A stretch of 64,000 nt of DNA from a bacterium (GCA_030648955.1 JAUSHB010000010.1:13556-77555); one strand, 5' to 3'. Numbered from the stretch's first letter, positions 8,913 to 17,842 are shown. Translations and numbers: made by a program. Notes: generated by a model not told the origin, from the sequence alone.

Positions 8913-8937
8913 AGCGAAAAATTATATACCCCCAAAA

Positions 8938-8987
8938 TACCAAAAATCCCCCGATTTTTCAATGCTTCCGTGGGGATAGGTAATTAA
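8938..8987 (-). promoter_or_regulatory. R-repeat copy 4, directly upstream of the NYN gene
   Basis: A TATATAAT element lies about 8 nt before the ATG, so the transcript is probably leaderless or has a very short leader. Confidence 0.5.
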
Positions 8988-9001
8988 GCACGTTAAATCG
9001 T

Positions 9002-9670
9002 CTAATCAATATCGAGTAGCGCTTGTTCGGTTTTTTGATATAGTGCAGTTAATTGTTTTTTGTTGTACATATGGGGGTATTTTGTATTAACGATTTTCAC
9101 GTTTTTTGCCAAAATATCATTTTTGAATAATTCCACCCATACTGCCTTATCATCACCTTTGGAAAAATAAATAAATAATTTATATCCTCGTATATTTTTT
9201 ACCATTTTTCTGATATCCAATTTAGCGAGGTCTCGCGCTAGGGTTTTACTGATATGAAATTTATTTAATTTATATAAATATTTTCCGGCGCTTTTGAGTG
9301 TCCTGTGCCCGTCTTTTGGTATCCATGGCGATGGCGACCAAAAGACAATTTTTTCGATACTTTTAGGGAGTCTTGATAGCATGAGAATGCTCGACCCAAA
9401 ACTATGGCCGATTATATACACGTGCTTATATTGTTTTCTGCGTGCATAATGCGCAAGAAAATGATTAACTCTTTCTATAATTCTCTTTATGTCTTGATGC
9501 AACTTCGTTTTGCCATCATAAAGCGTCAACGAAACAATGTCGCATTTATACTTAATTCTACTTAAGGGGGTAATAATTTCACTCAACGCATTCGTCATCA
9601 ACCCGGGCAAGATAATAATCAGTCGTTGATTATTGTTTGTAGTTTTCAAATAATATTCCTGATTTTTCAT
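9002..9670 (-). CDS. alpha/beta hydrolase
   Basis: Nucleophile elbow GHSFGS; 222 aa. Confidence 0.65.
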   Translation of the reverse strand: MKNQEYYLKTTNNNQRLIIILPGLMTNALSEIITPLSRIKYKCDIVSLTLYDGKTKLHQDIKRIIERVNHFLAHYARRKQYKHVYIIGHSFGSSILMLSRLPKSIEKIVFWSPSPWIPKDGHRTLKSAGKYLYKLNKFHISKTLARDLAKLDIRKMVKNIRGYKLFIYFSKGDDKAVWVELFKNDILAKNVKIVNTKYPHMYNKKQLTALYQKTEQALLDID

Positions 9671-9699
9671 TAATTCTATTTACTTAAAAATATCAAAAA

Positions 9700-9728
9700 T
9701 TAAGGGCTGTAATTATTACAGCCCTTAA
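9700..9728. terminator. perfect palindrome TTAAGGGCTGTAAT-T-ATTACAGCCCTTAA
   Basis: 14-bp stem located between the 9738 stop and the 9670 start. Confidence 0.6.
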
Positions 9729-9737
9729 TCAGAAGGT

Positions 9738-9992
9738 TCACTTTAGATTGAAATCGCCGTTTTTTACTCCCTTGATGAAAAGATCCCATTCCTTGGGAGA
9801 AAAAAGTGCTGTGATCTTTTGGGAATCGTTTGTATTACGCACCACGATAACATCATGCCGCTGTGCGACACCAACACAGGTTTTAATCCCCCAACAGATA
9901 ACGGTACCCTGGGGAGCAACGAAATCTGAATCCTTCAGGCCTTTTGCTGCACGCTGTAATTTGTCCATGAAACGATCACGAGTTTTCGCCAT
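9738..9992 (-). CDS. DUF397-like small protein
   Basis: KTCVGVAQRHDVIVVRNTNDSQKITALFSPKEWDLFIKGVKNGDF matches the DUF397 pattern C-V-x-V-A ... V-R-[DN]-[ST]-xD ... F-[ST]-x-x-EW-x-F-[IL]-x-G-[VA]-K-x-G-[ED]-F. Confidence 0.55.
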   Translation of the reverse strand: MAKTRDRFMDKLQRAAKGLKDSDFVAPQGTVICWGIKTCVGVAQRHDVIVVRNTNDSQKITALFSPKEWDLFIKGVKNGDFNLK

Positions 9993-10026
9993 AATGAATC
10001 TCCTTAAATTTTCAAGATCAAATGCT

Positions 10027-10066
10027 ACTAACGACCGTTAATAGCTCTGTTGTTAGAATACATCAC
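10027..10066 (-). promoter_or_regulatory. conserved 5' element M, copy 1 (shared with 13475..13515)
   Basis: ACTAACGAccGTTAATAGCTCTGT-N5-AGAATACAT lies 34 nt upstream of the 9992 ATG. The second copy has the same geometry upstream of 13445. Confidence 0.5.
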
Positions 10067-10190
10067 CGTTTTAATTCGGTCAAGCAAAATTGCAAATTAC
10101 GAAACTAGAGGGAGATTTTGATCTCCATGAACGATAGCGGATAAAAAGATCCGCAATACTAGAAACTGCAAGCAAAATATGTTGCATGTA

Positions 10191-10240
10191 CACCCTAAAA
10201 ATACCAAAAATCCACTCGTTTTTCAACCCCGTGGTAGTCC
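10191..10240 (-). promoter_or_regulatory. R-repeat copy 5 (degenerate)
   Basis: ataccaaaaatccactcgtttttcaaccccgtggtagtcc. Confidence 0.35.
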
Positions 10241-10259
10241 ACACTGGGCAGATTATTAC

Positions 10260-10514
10260 TTACGCATACAACGTATGAGAACCGACATCCATAAAATATA
10301 CTTTTTTCTTGTGTAGTTTTATAATAATTCGATAAGCAAAATTCACAGAAAAAGCATGGTATTTTTTTAATTTTCCGTGCAATTTATGGAGTTTTATTTC
10401 CCCCTCGTTCTTTTTATTTTTAAACAACGCAACAGTGCGATAACAATCATCTTGGACCGCGGGAGATAATTTTCGAAAGGAACGCAAGAATCTGGCGGTA
10501 TAAAGATATTCCAT
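10260..10514 (-). CDS. type II toxin, RelE/ParE superfamily (YafQ-like)
   Basis: LHKLHGKLKKYHAFSVNFAYRIIIKLHKKKVYFMDVGSHTLY fits the RelE/YafQ C-terminal signature. It overlaps the upstream antitoxin by its start and stop codons. Confidence 0.7.
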   Translation of the reverse strand: MEYLYTARFLRSFRKLSPAVQDDCYRTVALFKNKKNEGEIKLHKLHGKLKKYHAFSVNFAYRIIIKLHKKKVYFMDVGSHTLYA

Positions 10515-10516
10515 TA

Positions 10517-10738
10517 TTACTTACTTCGTCCCGCTAATTTTTTGAGATCGCCCTTATAGACACGTCCTGTTTTAATATCGTTTTCCGCCTCCTGTATCCG
10601 CAAAAGTATCCGTTCTTCGCGAAGACGCTCGAGAGCAAACCGCACGAGATGCGCCTTGCTCTCACTTGTTCCCTGTGCAAGCTCCTCCTCAATAAAATTC
10701 TCGAGGTCTTTATTGATGGGTATGGTAATGGTAGTCAT
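10517..10738 (-). CDS. type II antitoxin, RHH/ParD-like
   Basis: 73 aa, ...SKAHLVRFALERLREE..., sitting immediately upstream of the toxin. Confidence 0.65.
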   Translation of the reverse strand: MTTITIPINKDLENFIEEELAQGTSESKAHLVRFALERLREERILLRIQEAENDIKTGRVYKGDLKKLAGRSK

Positions 10739-10792
10739 ATACTATATCTTAGTACTATATTATAGTAATTGCAAGTCAATAAAAGTGGTTCT

Positions 10793-10849
10793 CTGGAGAT
10801 ACCAAAAATCCCCAGATTTTTCAATGCTTCCGCGGGATACCGCCTATCA
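10793..10849 (-). promoter_or_regulatory. R-repeat copy 6, about 55 nt upstream of the antitoxin start
   Basis: ctggagataccaaaaatccccagatttttcaatgcttccgcgggatacc. Confidence 0.45.
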
Positions 10850-10863
10850 AGTTTCCCACAGGT

Positions 10864-12492
10864 GTGGTATTTTACTCTGTAATGGCCAAAGTAATACTCT
10901 CGGCAAAAGATACATCGTTTGAGCTCCAACATAAAACTCTTTTTAAAGAGCTTAATCTGACGATAAAAGAGGGCGATCGGATCGGATTGGTTGGGAAAAA
11001 CGGCAGTGGAAAAAGCACGCTTTTAAAATTGCTTGCGGGACAAATCGAAACAACAAGAGGCGTGATAGAAAACAAGGGTTCCTCGTACTATCTCCCCCAG
11101 TTAGACTTCTCGCTTTTTGGAAGCACCGACAAAATAGAAGAATATGTTTTTCGCCAAGGAGTAAATTGGTCCGCCCTTAATGCAAAGCTTCGCAAATGGT
11201 TTAAAGAAAACGAAATCAAGCCTGACCAAAAACTTCAAACACTCAGCGGAGGTGAGTTGATGAAACTCAATCTCGCGATCGCCGAAGCACACAATCCCAA
11301 TCTCTTGCTCCTTGATGAGCCAACAAACCACCTCGATGCAGAAGGTATTGATATTTTAAAGAAATTTCTCACAACATTCCCGGGGGCATTCATTATTGTT
11401 TCTCACGATCCATTCTTTCTTAATCTTGTGGTAAATCATATTTGGGAACTTGAGGAAGGAGCTGTCGCCGAGTATGGAGGGAATTATACACATTATGCCG
11501 ACCAGAAGCAGTTTAAGAAAGATGCGCGAGAACGGGATTATACGGCAACCAAGAAAAAATTAAAGAAGGTCAAAAAATCCATTGAAGCAGAACAAAAACG
11601 CGCAGACCGCTCAAAGCGCGTGGGAAGAAAAGAAGTGTTCGCAAACAACATGCCGCCGGTACTGAAAGGATTTTACGCAAACCAAGCATCCGGTACCGCG
11701 GGCAAGCAGGGAAAAAAACTAAGAAAAATCATGGCGCAACGAGATGAGAAAGCCAGTACATTAAAAAAGGAGAAACAACGTCCGCTGCGGTTTGTGATCG
11801 ACCACGACACTTCCGGCGCGCGAAAAACGTTAATTGCCATTAATGACGGAGTGCTTGGGGTTGCAGAAAAAACTCTTATCGAAAATATCGACCTTCGCAT
11901 TGTTTATGGCGACCGCCTTGTGTTAGTCGGCAAAAATGGCAGTGGAAAAAGTACGCTTGCAAAATCTATTGCAGGAGAAGATGCTGTGGTGGAACTCGGA
12001 GGGTACGTCAAACGCTCCCCCGACGCAGGTGTGGTGTATGTGGACCAGAAATACCAAATCATCGCCCCCAACCTTACGCTTATCGAGAATGTGGAAAAAT
12101 ATAATCCGAAACTTACTCATGAAGAAGTGCGGAGACAACTTGGTCGTTTTCTTTTCTATAAAGAAGAAGACGCGCGCAAGAAGGCGGGAGTCTTGAGTGG
12201 AGGCGAGGCGGCACGTCTTGTGTTTGCGATGGTCACGGCGGGATCAGTCGATCTTCTGGTGCTTGATGAACCAACCAACAACCTTGATATTGAAACACTT
12301 GATATTATCGCGGATGCTTTGAAAGATTTCGCGGGCGCATTGGTGATAATCTCTCACAACATACATTTTCTTAAACGTATCGGTATAGACACCGCGCTTA
12401 TCATCGACAAAAAGAAACTCAAAACCATGCGCTCGTCCCCCGCCGAACCAGAAGCGTTTTATAACGAGATGGTTAGTAGCATGAGTTCGTAA
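10864..12492 (+). CDS. ABC-F family ATPase (two tandem ABC domains, no TMD)
   Basis: Two Walker A motifs (GKNGSGKST twice), two LSGGE signature motifs, and an inter-domain linker rich in K/R/E. Confidence 0.85.
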   Translation: MVFYSVMAKVILSAKDTSFELQHKTLFKELNLTIKEGDRIGLVGKNGSGKSTLLKLLAGQIETTRGVIENKGSSYYLPQLDFSLFGSTDKIEEYVFRQGVNWSALNAKLRKWFKENEIKPDQKLQTLSGGELMKLNLAIAEAHNPNLLLLDEPTNHLDAEGIDILKKFLTTFPGAFIIVSHDPFFLNLVVNHIWELEEGAVAEYGGNYTHYADQKQFKKDARERDYTATKKKLKKVKKSIEAEQKRADRSKRVGRKEVFANNMPPVLKGFYANQASGTAGKQGKKLRKIMAQRDEKASTLKKEKQRPLRFVIDHDTSGARKTLIAINDGVLGVAEKTLIENIDLRIVYGDRLVLVGKNGSGKSTLAKSIAGEDAVVELGGYVKRSPDAGVVYVDQKYQIIAPNLTLIENVEKYNPKLTHEEVRRQLGRFLFYKEEDARKKAGVLSGGEAARLVFAMVTAGSVDLLVLDEPTNNLDIETLDIIADALKDFAGALVIISHNIHFLKRIGIDTALIIDKKKLKTMRSSPAEPEAFYNEMVSSMSS

Positions 12493-12512
12493 AAACATAT
12501 AATATTAAATGT

Positions 12513-13031
12513 ATGTCACCCAAGTTAGTAAAACCAAATACAACGTACCAAAAAAGCTATACTGAAGCTCTTTGTGAATTTCTTACTGAGTCTCAATCTC
12601 CAGAACATATTGAATCAGAAATTAGAAATGTACTAGATTCTATAAACCACAAAAATGATGCTGCGCAAGGAAAAAATTTAGTTAGTGGTGAAGTGACTCG
12701 AAGTGAATTTTGGCTCATTGATAAAGAAAAATACATCGGAATGATACAGATTAGACATAAACCAAGTGGTCGAATTCCTGAAGCAGCGAGCCATATTTAT
12801 TATGAAATACGTCCATTAGAGCGTGGAAAAGGTTATGGTGTTGAGATTCTTCGACAAGGACTTATTGAGGCAAAAGGGCTCGGGTTGCAAGAGATAATTA
12901 TTACCTGTGATAAGAATAATATTCCGTCTCAAAAAATTATTCAAACAAGCGGTGGTCAATTTATCGCGGAGATACCTATGCCTAACAAAGAAATCCCCCT
13001 TCTTAAATATAAAATTTCTTTGAGTGAATGA
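12513..13031 (+). CDS. GNAT family acetyltransferase
   Basis: ERGKGYGVEILRQGL matches the R-x-x-G-x-G/A acetyl-CoA motif. Confidence 0.6.
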   Translation: MSPKLVKPNTTYQKSYTEALCEFLTESQSPEHIESEIRNVLDSINHKNDAAQGKNLVSGEVTRSEFWLIDKEKYIGMIQIRHKPSGRIPEAASHIYYEIRPLERGKGYGVEILRQGLIEAKGLGLQEIIITCDKNNIPSQKIIQTSGGQFIAEIPMPNKEIPLLKYKISLSE

Positions 13032-13039
13032 GGAGGAGA

Positions 13040-13072
13040 AAACCGCCCCGAAAATAAATTCGGGGCGGTTAA
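13040..13072. terminator. bidirectional terminator ACCGCCCCG-N10-CGGGGCGGT
   Basis: GC-rich 9-bp stem flanked by A/T runs, between convergent genes. Confidence 0.7.
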
Positions 13073-13091
13073 AAGGGACTATCGAATGTAG

Positions 13092-13445
13092 TTAGCCACG
13101 AGAATGGTGTTCGTGACCATTAGGGGCTTGAATGCAAATACAAGCCATTTGGGGTTTCCCCGTATCGAGCCGCCAGCTTGTGATTCTGGCATGCGTAGCT
13201 TCGATTTCCGCAACCTTAACTGGCCGCATACGCAGTGTACGGTCGTCTGGGTTATTGGTTTCAAGCATCACTTCATCATCACCAACAGAAAAATGCTGGT
13301 GGAGCAAGTTCACCCCGAAACGGTCAAGGCACCTGTGCTTCTTCAGTACTTCCGCAACATCCGCAAGACATTTCTCGTCACTTACAGAGAAGAGAGGAAC
13401 CTGACTAAGGTCAGGGAGTGGATTGGTTTGTGAAATGTTCTGCAT
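13092..13445 (-). CDS. hypothetical small protein
   Basis: 117 aa, with a GGAGG-type RBS 9 nt upstream and conserved element M further upstream. The overlapping plus-strand ORF 13104..13433 is judged spurious. Confidence 0.4.
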   Translation of the reverse strand: MQNISQTNPLPDLSQVPLFSVSDEKCLADVAEVLKKHRCLDRFGVNLLHQHFSVGDDEVMLETNNPDDRTLRMRPVKVAEIEATHARITSWRLDTGKPQMACICIQAPNGHEHHSRG

Positions 13446-13474
13446 TTAAGTACCCTCCTGGGGTTCAAATGGCC

Positions 13475-13515
13475 ACTAACGAATGTTAATAGCTCTGTAA
13501 GGCAGAATACATTCT
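13475..13515 (-). promoter_or_regulatory. conserved 5' element M, copy 2
   Basis: ACTAACGAatGTTAATAGCTCTGT-N5-AGAATACAT lies 30 nt upstream of the 13445 ATG. Confidence 0.5.
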
Positions 13516-13593
13516 AGATAAAATATGTCAATAGTGGCAAGTGGTAATAAATTCTTAGTATTTTGAAGGCTTTGTGGAAATAGAAAAAATAAT

Positions 13594-15391
13594 CTACCGT
13601 AACCCAATATGAAGCTCATAAATGTGGCGATAGGAACCATTAGGAATTTTCATAAGTTCATCGTGACTGCCTTGCTCGATAATATTACCACCGGCCAACA
13701 CTAAAATTCTGTTTGCCTTGCGTACCGTACTTAAGCGGTGAGCAATAATAAATGTGGTACGTCCTTTCATTAACCGCTCAAGAGATTCAGTAATACTCCT
13801 TTCGGTCTTGGGATCAAGCGCGCTTGTCGGCTCATCGAGAATAAGAATTTTGGGATTGCGTAAAATGGCGCGAGCGATCGCAATACGCTGCTTTTGTCCT
13901 ACAGAGAGCTTCACCCCCCGCTCACCTACCAACTGTTCGTACTTCTTCCGAAAACCTTCAATGAACTCGCTCGCATATGCTTCTTTAGCGGCACTATAAA
14001 TCTCCTCATCAGATGCGCCTTGATTCCCATGACGAATATTCATTTTTATTGTGTCATTGAAGAGCACTACTTCCTGTGGCACCACGGCAATATACTTTCG
14101 CAAAAATTCCAAATCAAGATCACTGGTTTTATGCCCATCAACCAACACATTGCCACTTTTAGGAAAATAATAACCGGAAATAAGGTCGACGAGCGTGCTT
14201 TTACCCGCACCGGATTCTCCAACGAGTGCAACTACTTCCCCCGCAGTTACAGAAAAATTCACATTTTTGAGCACAGAATCCCCGCGTTTATAGGAAAATA
14301 CAACATTCGAAAACTCGATATTCCCCTGCAGTGGAGATAAGTTCTTCTTTTTTCCAAACCGATATCGCTCTATAGGCACCGCGAGTATTTTTTCCGCACG
14401 TTCAATCGCAATAATGCCGTTTTGGATGATCTGCCAATTGTGTCCCAGTGTTACAAATGTGTCCCAGTGTTACAAATGGACCAAAGACCATAGCCGCATA
14501 TCCATTGAGCGCGATGAGTCCTCCAATCGTAAGTTCCCCTGCTTGAATAAAATGTACCGACAAAATAAAAATAGTAAGCTGTGTCGCCGCAATCACCATA
14601 CGCTGATAAAATCCAATGCCACTCCAAATTTTCTCGACCTTATACCAAAATGTTGCCGCTTTGTTGATAAATTTTCTCCTTACTTTTTCTGATTCATATT
14701 CTTCCCCTGTTGATTGCTTGATCGTTTGCGTATTGGCAAATGCGTCATATGCATCCCCATATGCTTCATTCCACGCCTTGTTCCCCTTTCGTTGATATTT
14801 CACAATCGGAGGAACAATGATTGCAAGAAGTATCACATAGACTATGATTCCAACAACAATAACAGAAGCGAGAAGTGGATGAATTAAAAAAGCAATAGTA
14901 ACGCCGACTGCGACACTAAGAAATTGCGGGGCGAGATTGATCACTACCTGTTCAATAATATTCGAGAGCGCATTCCCTGCTCTCATAAAACGATCCCAAA
15001 TAATTCCCGTTTTATATTCCTTATGAAACGAGAGCGGGAGTCTTAAAAGGTGGGCGGTTGCACGTGCGGGATATTCCGCATGGATAAATGTTCCTATCCG
15101 TCGACGTTCCTTATCGTTGATCCAATCAGAAATATTTGCGACCAGTTGTACAATTACCCAAAATGCAATAAATCCCGTCCACTGGGGCATAACAACAGGA
15201 TAGTTAAACATAAGTGATGGATTGAGTAAGGAATCTAAAAACTTTCCAACAATAAAAGGCACTGATGCATTTGCAAACGCAGAAAATACCCCCAAAAGAG
15301 AAAGAAAGGTAATTTCTTTTTTATATTCCCCGAGATACTGGAAAAGTATTTTCCAGCCTTCTGTAAGATTAAGTGTTGCTTTTTTCTGCAT
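13594..15391 (-). pseudogene. ABC exporter (fused TMD-NBD, MsbA/ABCB-like) interrupted by a 19-bp tandem duplication
   Basis: 14402..15391 encodes a 6-TM ABC exporter membrane domain. 13594..14379 encodes the NBD (Walker A GESGAGKST, signature LSVGQKQR, Walker B ILILDEPTSALD) and begins at GTG. Deleting one copy of GTGTCCCAGTGTTACAAAT (14439-14457 or 14458-14476) joins them in frame as ...FGPFVTLGHNWQIIQNGIIAIERAEKILAVPIERYRF... Confidence 0.75.
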
Positions 15392-15467
15392 ATCCCTCTA
15401 TTTATAGCATTTCAAGGAACTTGCCACCAATCAAAAGTAATAAAAGGTGGGGAGCATGAATCCTCTA

Positions 15468-16196
15468 TTATCGTGCAACAGGTACTTTGTTAAAATTCGA
15501 GATACGTACATGTTCGCGAGCGGATGAATTGTGTAATTTTGCAACTTGCAACATTATTAATTGTGCCGCGTGTTTATAGTCCTCAATGGTTACTGTTGCA
15601 ACATCAGGAAAAATATCTTTGGGATACAGTGGTTTCCCATATTTAATACTGATTTTCCTTCTGCGCAACACAAAATCAATAGGACTCATTTTGAAATGAC
15701 CGTTCATTGCGACGGGAACAATAGGCACTCCTGTTATATGAGAAAGAAATGCAACACCTCCTTTCCCATTTCCCACTTCCCCGTTCTCTGTTTTCCCTCC
15801 TTCGGGAAACATAAGAATGCTTTTGCCCGCATTAAGGATATTGATGTGTTCTTGAAGCGAGAGTGTGTAATCTTTCTTTCCTGTATGTGCAGGATACGCT
15901 CCCCACAATTTAAACCAAAATCCACCATAAATATATTTACTGAAACCGTCTTTTTCGTAAAATTCCCGCTCGCGAGCAACATAAAATATCGGCGTTATGG
16001 GAGAGAAGGGATTAAGACTCGCAGGCACCAAAATGGGATCAAGCTCACTTCCGTGATTAGCCGCAAAAATTACTCCGTGGGAAAGCCCCTTAAGATTTTC
16101 CTTCCCAAAAACTTTGAAGCGTGCAAAAAAACCAAGCACTAGCCATGTCGGAATCCAAACGAGTGTCTGTAATATGAATGGTGAAAAATACCTCAT
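15468..16196 (-). CDS. plsC: 1-acyl-sn-glycerol-3-phosphate acyltransferase (LPLAT/PlsC family)
   Basis: HX4D motif AANHGSELD, the FPEGG motif, and an N-terminal TM segment. Confidence 0.75.
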   Translation of the reverse strand: MRYFSPFILQTLVWIPTWLVLGFFARFKVFGKENLKGLSHGVIFAANHGSELDPILVPASLNPFSPITPIFYVAREREFYEKDGFSKYIYGGFWFKLWGAYPAHTGKKDYTLSLQEHINILNAGKSILMFPEGGKTENGEVGNGKGGVAFLSHITGVPIVPVAMNGHFKMSPIDFVLRRRKISIKYGKPLYPKDIFPDVATVTIEDYKHAAQLIMLQVAKLHNSSAREHVRISNFNKVPVAR

Positions 16197-16201
16197 TGTT
16201 A

Positions 16202-16723
16202 TTATTTTCGTTCAATAAAAAACACTAGCCCCAAAGAACCTGCTATCCAAAAAAATAACGCCATAGGCGCTATGAATAACTTATCAATACTGGGAGAAAA
16301 ATTATATATAAGTACTTCCCCGTGAAGTAACTGATAATAATACGCAAGAATGAGCCCTGATGAGGCAAGTCCGAGGGATATAGATTGGAAAAACTTCATT
16401 GTCCCCGATGGATAGTCGCCGTGGATTATGCTTCTTAAAATCACATGTACTATTAAAAAAAATATGAAGAACGAAATGACATTGACCAAAAATGCGCTAT
16501 GGGGAAAAAGCGATGCGATAATTTTTTCCCGAAAAGAAAAAGCGACATACATCGAATGCGCGCCAATGAGTGCGATTAAAAATGAAATAGCGCTCCGCTT
16601 CCCCGCATAAAACGCAAACGCGGATAGTGAAACGATGATTACTAAAATGGCAATGGTATCGAGTGAAAAGCTCGCTAGGGGACTGAGGACATTTGCTAAT
16701 ATCTGCTTGCTTTCCATTGGCAT
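16202..16723 (-). CDS. integral membrane protein (hypothetical)
   Basis: 173 aa and hydrophobic throughout. Confidence 0.45.
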   Translation of the reverse strand: MPMESKQILANVLSPLASFSLDTIAILVIIVSLSAFAFYAGKRSAISFLIALIGAHSMYVAFSFREKIIASLFPHSAFLVNVISFFIFFLIVHVILRSIIHGDYPSGTMKFFQSISLGLASSGLILAYYYQLLHGEVLIYNFSPSIDKLFIAPMALFFWIAGSLGLVFFIERK

Positions 16724-16731
16724 AATCTTAA

Positions 16732-17808
16732 TTATATTCCCTCTTTTTTAAGATTTTCTATGATGCCTTCAACTCGCTTCGAGAGCTTGCCCGGCATTTT
16801 TATATTAAGTTTGACCAATAAGTCACCCCGACGCTTGTGGTCAATGGGCACTCCCCTTTCTCGGACACGTAAAATTTCTCCGAATGAAACTCCGGGAGGG
16901 ATTTTGAGAGATAGCGTACTCCCTTCAAGGGTGTTGATTGTATACTCTCCACCCAAAAGTGCGTCTGAAAGTTTAATACTAAGATCCATCACAATGTTGT
17001 TGCCCTCGCGCTTGAATACTGGATGCGATGTGACATGAATCTTGACATAGAGATCACCTGCCACTCCCCCTGAAACTGCTTCTCCCATCCCTGATAATCT
17101 AATCATTTCGCCAGCCGAAATTCCTGCTGGAATTTTTATGGTGATACTTTCTTCACGTTTTTCTACACCAACACCTTTGCAGGTAGGACATTTTTCTTCA
17201 GGAATCTGCCCTCGTCCATGGCAAGCGCTACAATCCACAACGCTCGTAAATACGCCGAAGAATGATTTACGCGTTTCATGAACTTTTCCTTGTCCATTAC
17301 ACGCAGAACATTTCTTCATCGAAGATCCCGGCTTGCCGCCTGACCCGTTGCACGTCTGACACGCAGAAACTTTATTGAGAAGAACGCTTCGCTCGGTACC
17401 CAAGATCGATTCAGTGAATGAAATCTGAAGGTCAATGGAAATATCTCTCCCCCTCTTTACCTTACTTCTTCCCCCCTTTGCACCACCAAAAAAATCACCG
17501 AAAATTTCATCAAGATCAACACCTTCAAATCCTTGCTGTCCCCCAAATCCAGAAAAATCGAAGCCGCCAAAACCTTGTCCGCCCTGTGGTCCACCCCCGG
17601 CAAACGTTTCCCCGTACGAATCATATTCCGCGCGCTTTCGGTCATCCGAGAGTATCTGATACGCTTCATTTACTTCTTTGAATTTTGACTCATCGCCCCC
17701 TCCTTTGTCGGGGTGAAATTTATGTGCAAGCTTCCTGAACGCCTTTTTAATCTCTTCTTTTGAGGCGCTTTTGGGAATCCCTAAAATTTGGTAATAGTCT
17801 TTTGCCAT
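16732..17808 (-). CDS. dnaJ: chaperone DnaJ
   Basis: J domain [31 protein letters not shown], a G/F-rich linker, and four CxxCxGxG zinc-finger repeats. Confidence 0.9.
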   Translation of the reverse strand: MAKDYYQILGIPKSASKEEIKKAFRKLAHKFHPDKGGGDESKFKEVNEAYQILSDDRKRAEYDSYGETFAGGGPQGGQGFGGFDFSGFGGQQGFEGVDLDEIFGDFFGGAKGGRSKVKRGRDISIDLQISFTESILGTERSVLLNKVSACQTCNGSGGKPGSSMKKCSACNGQGKVHETRKSFFGVFTSVVDCSACHGRGQIPEEKCPTCKGVGVEKREESITIKIPAGISAGEMIRLSGMGEAVSGGVAGDLYVKIHVTSHPVFKREGNNIVMDLSIKLSDALLGGEYTINTLEGSTLSLKIPPGVSFGEILRVRERGVPIDHKRRGDLLVKLNIKMPGKLSKRVEGIIENLKKEGI

Positions 17809-17842
17809 AAAATGTTGTTTATTGCCATATTATATCACAGCG

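Noticed and set aside
13104-13433. Plus-strand 109-aa ORF overlapping 13092..13445
   Set aside because: It is the mirror frame of the minus-strand ORF. The minus-strand ORF has a GGAGG RBS and the conserved 5' element M, whereas the plus-strand ORF has neither. The bidirectional terminator at 13040-13072 also fits better with the minus-strand gene ending at 13092.
17418-17681. Pro-rich plus-strand ORFs (17418..17681, 17435..17659) overlapping dnaJ
   Set aside because: They are antisense to the G/F-rich linker of DnaJ and are a composition artefact.
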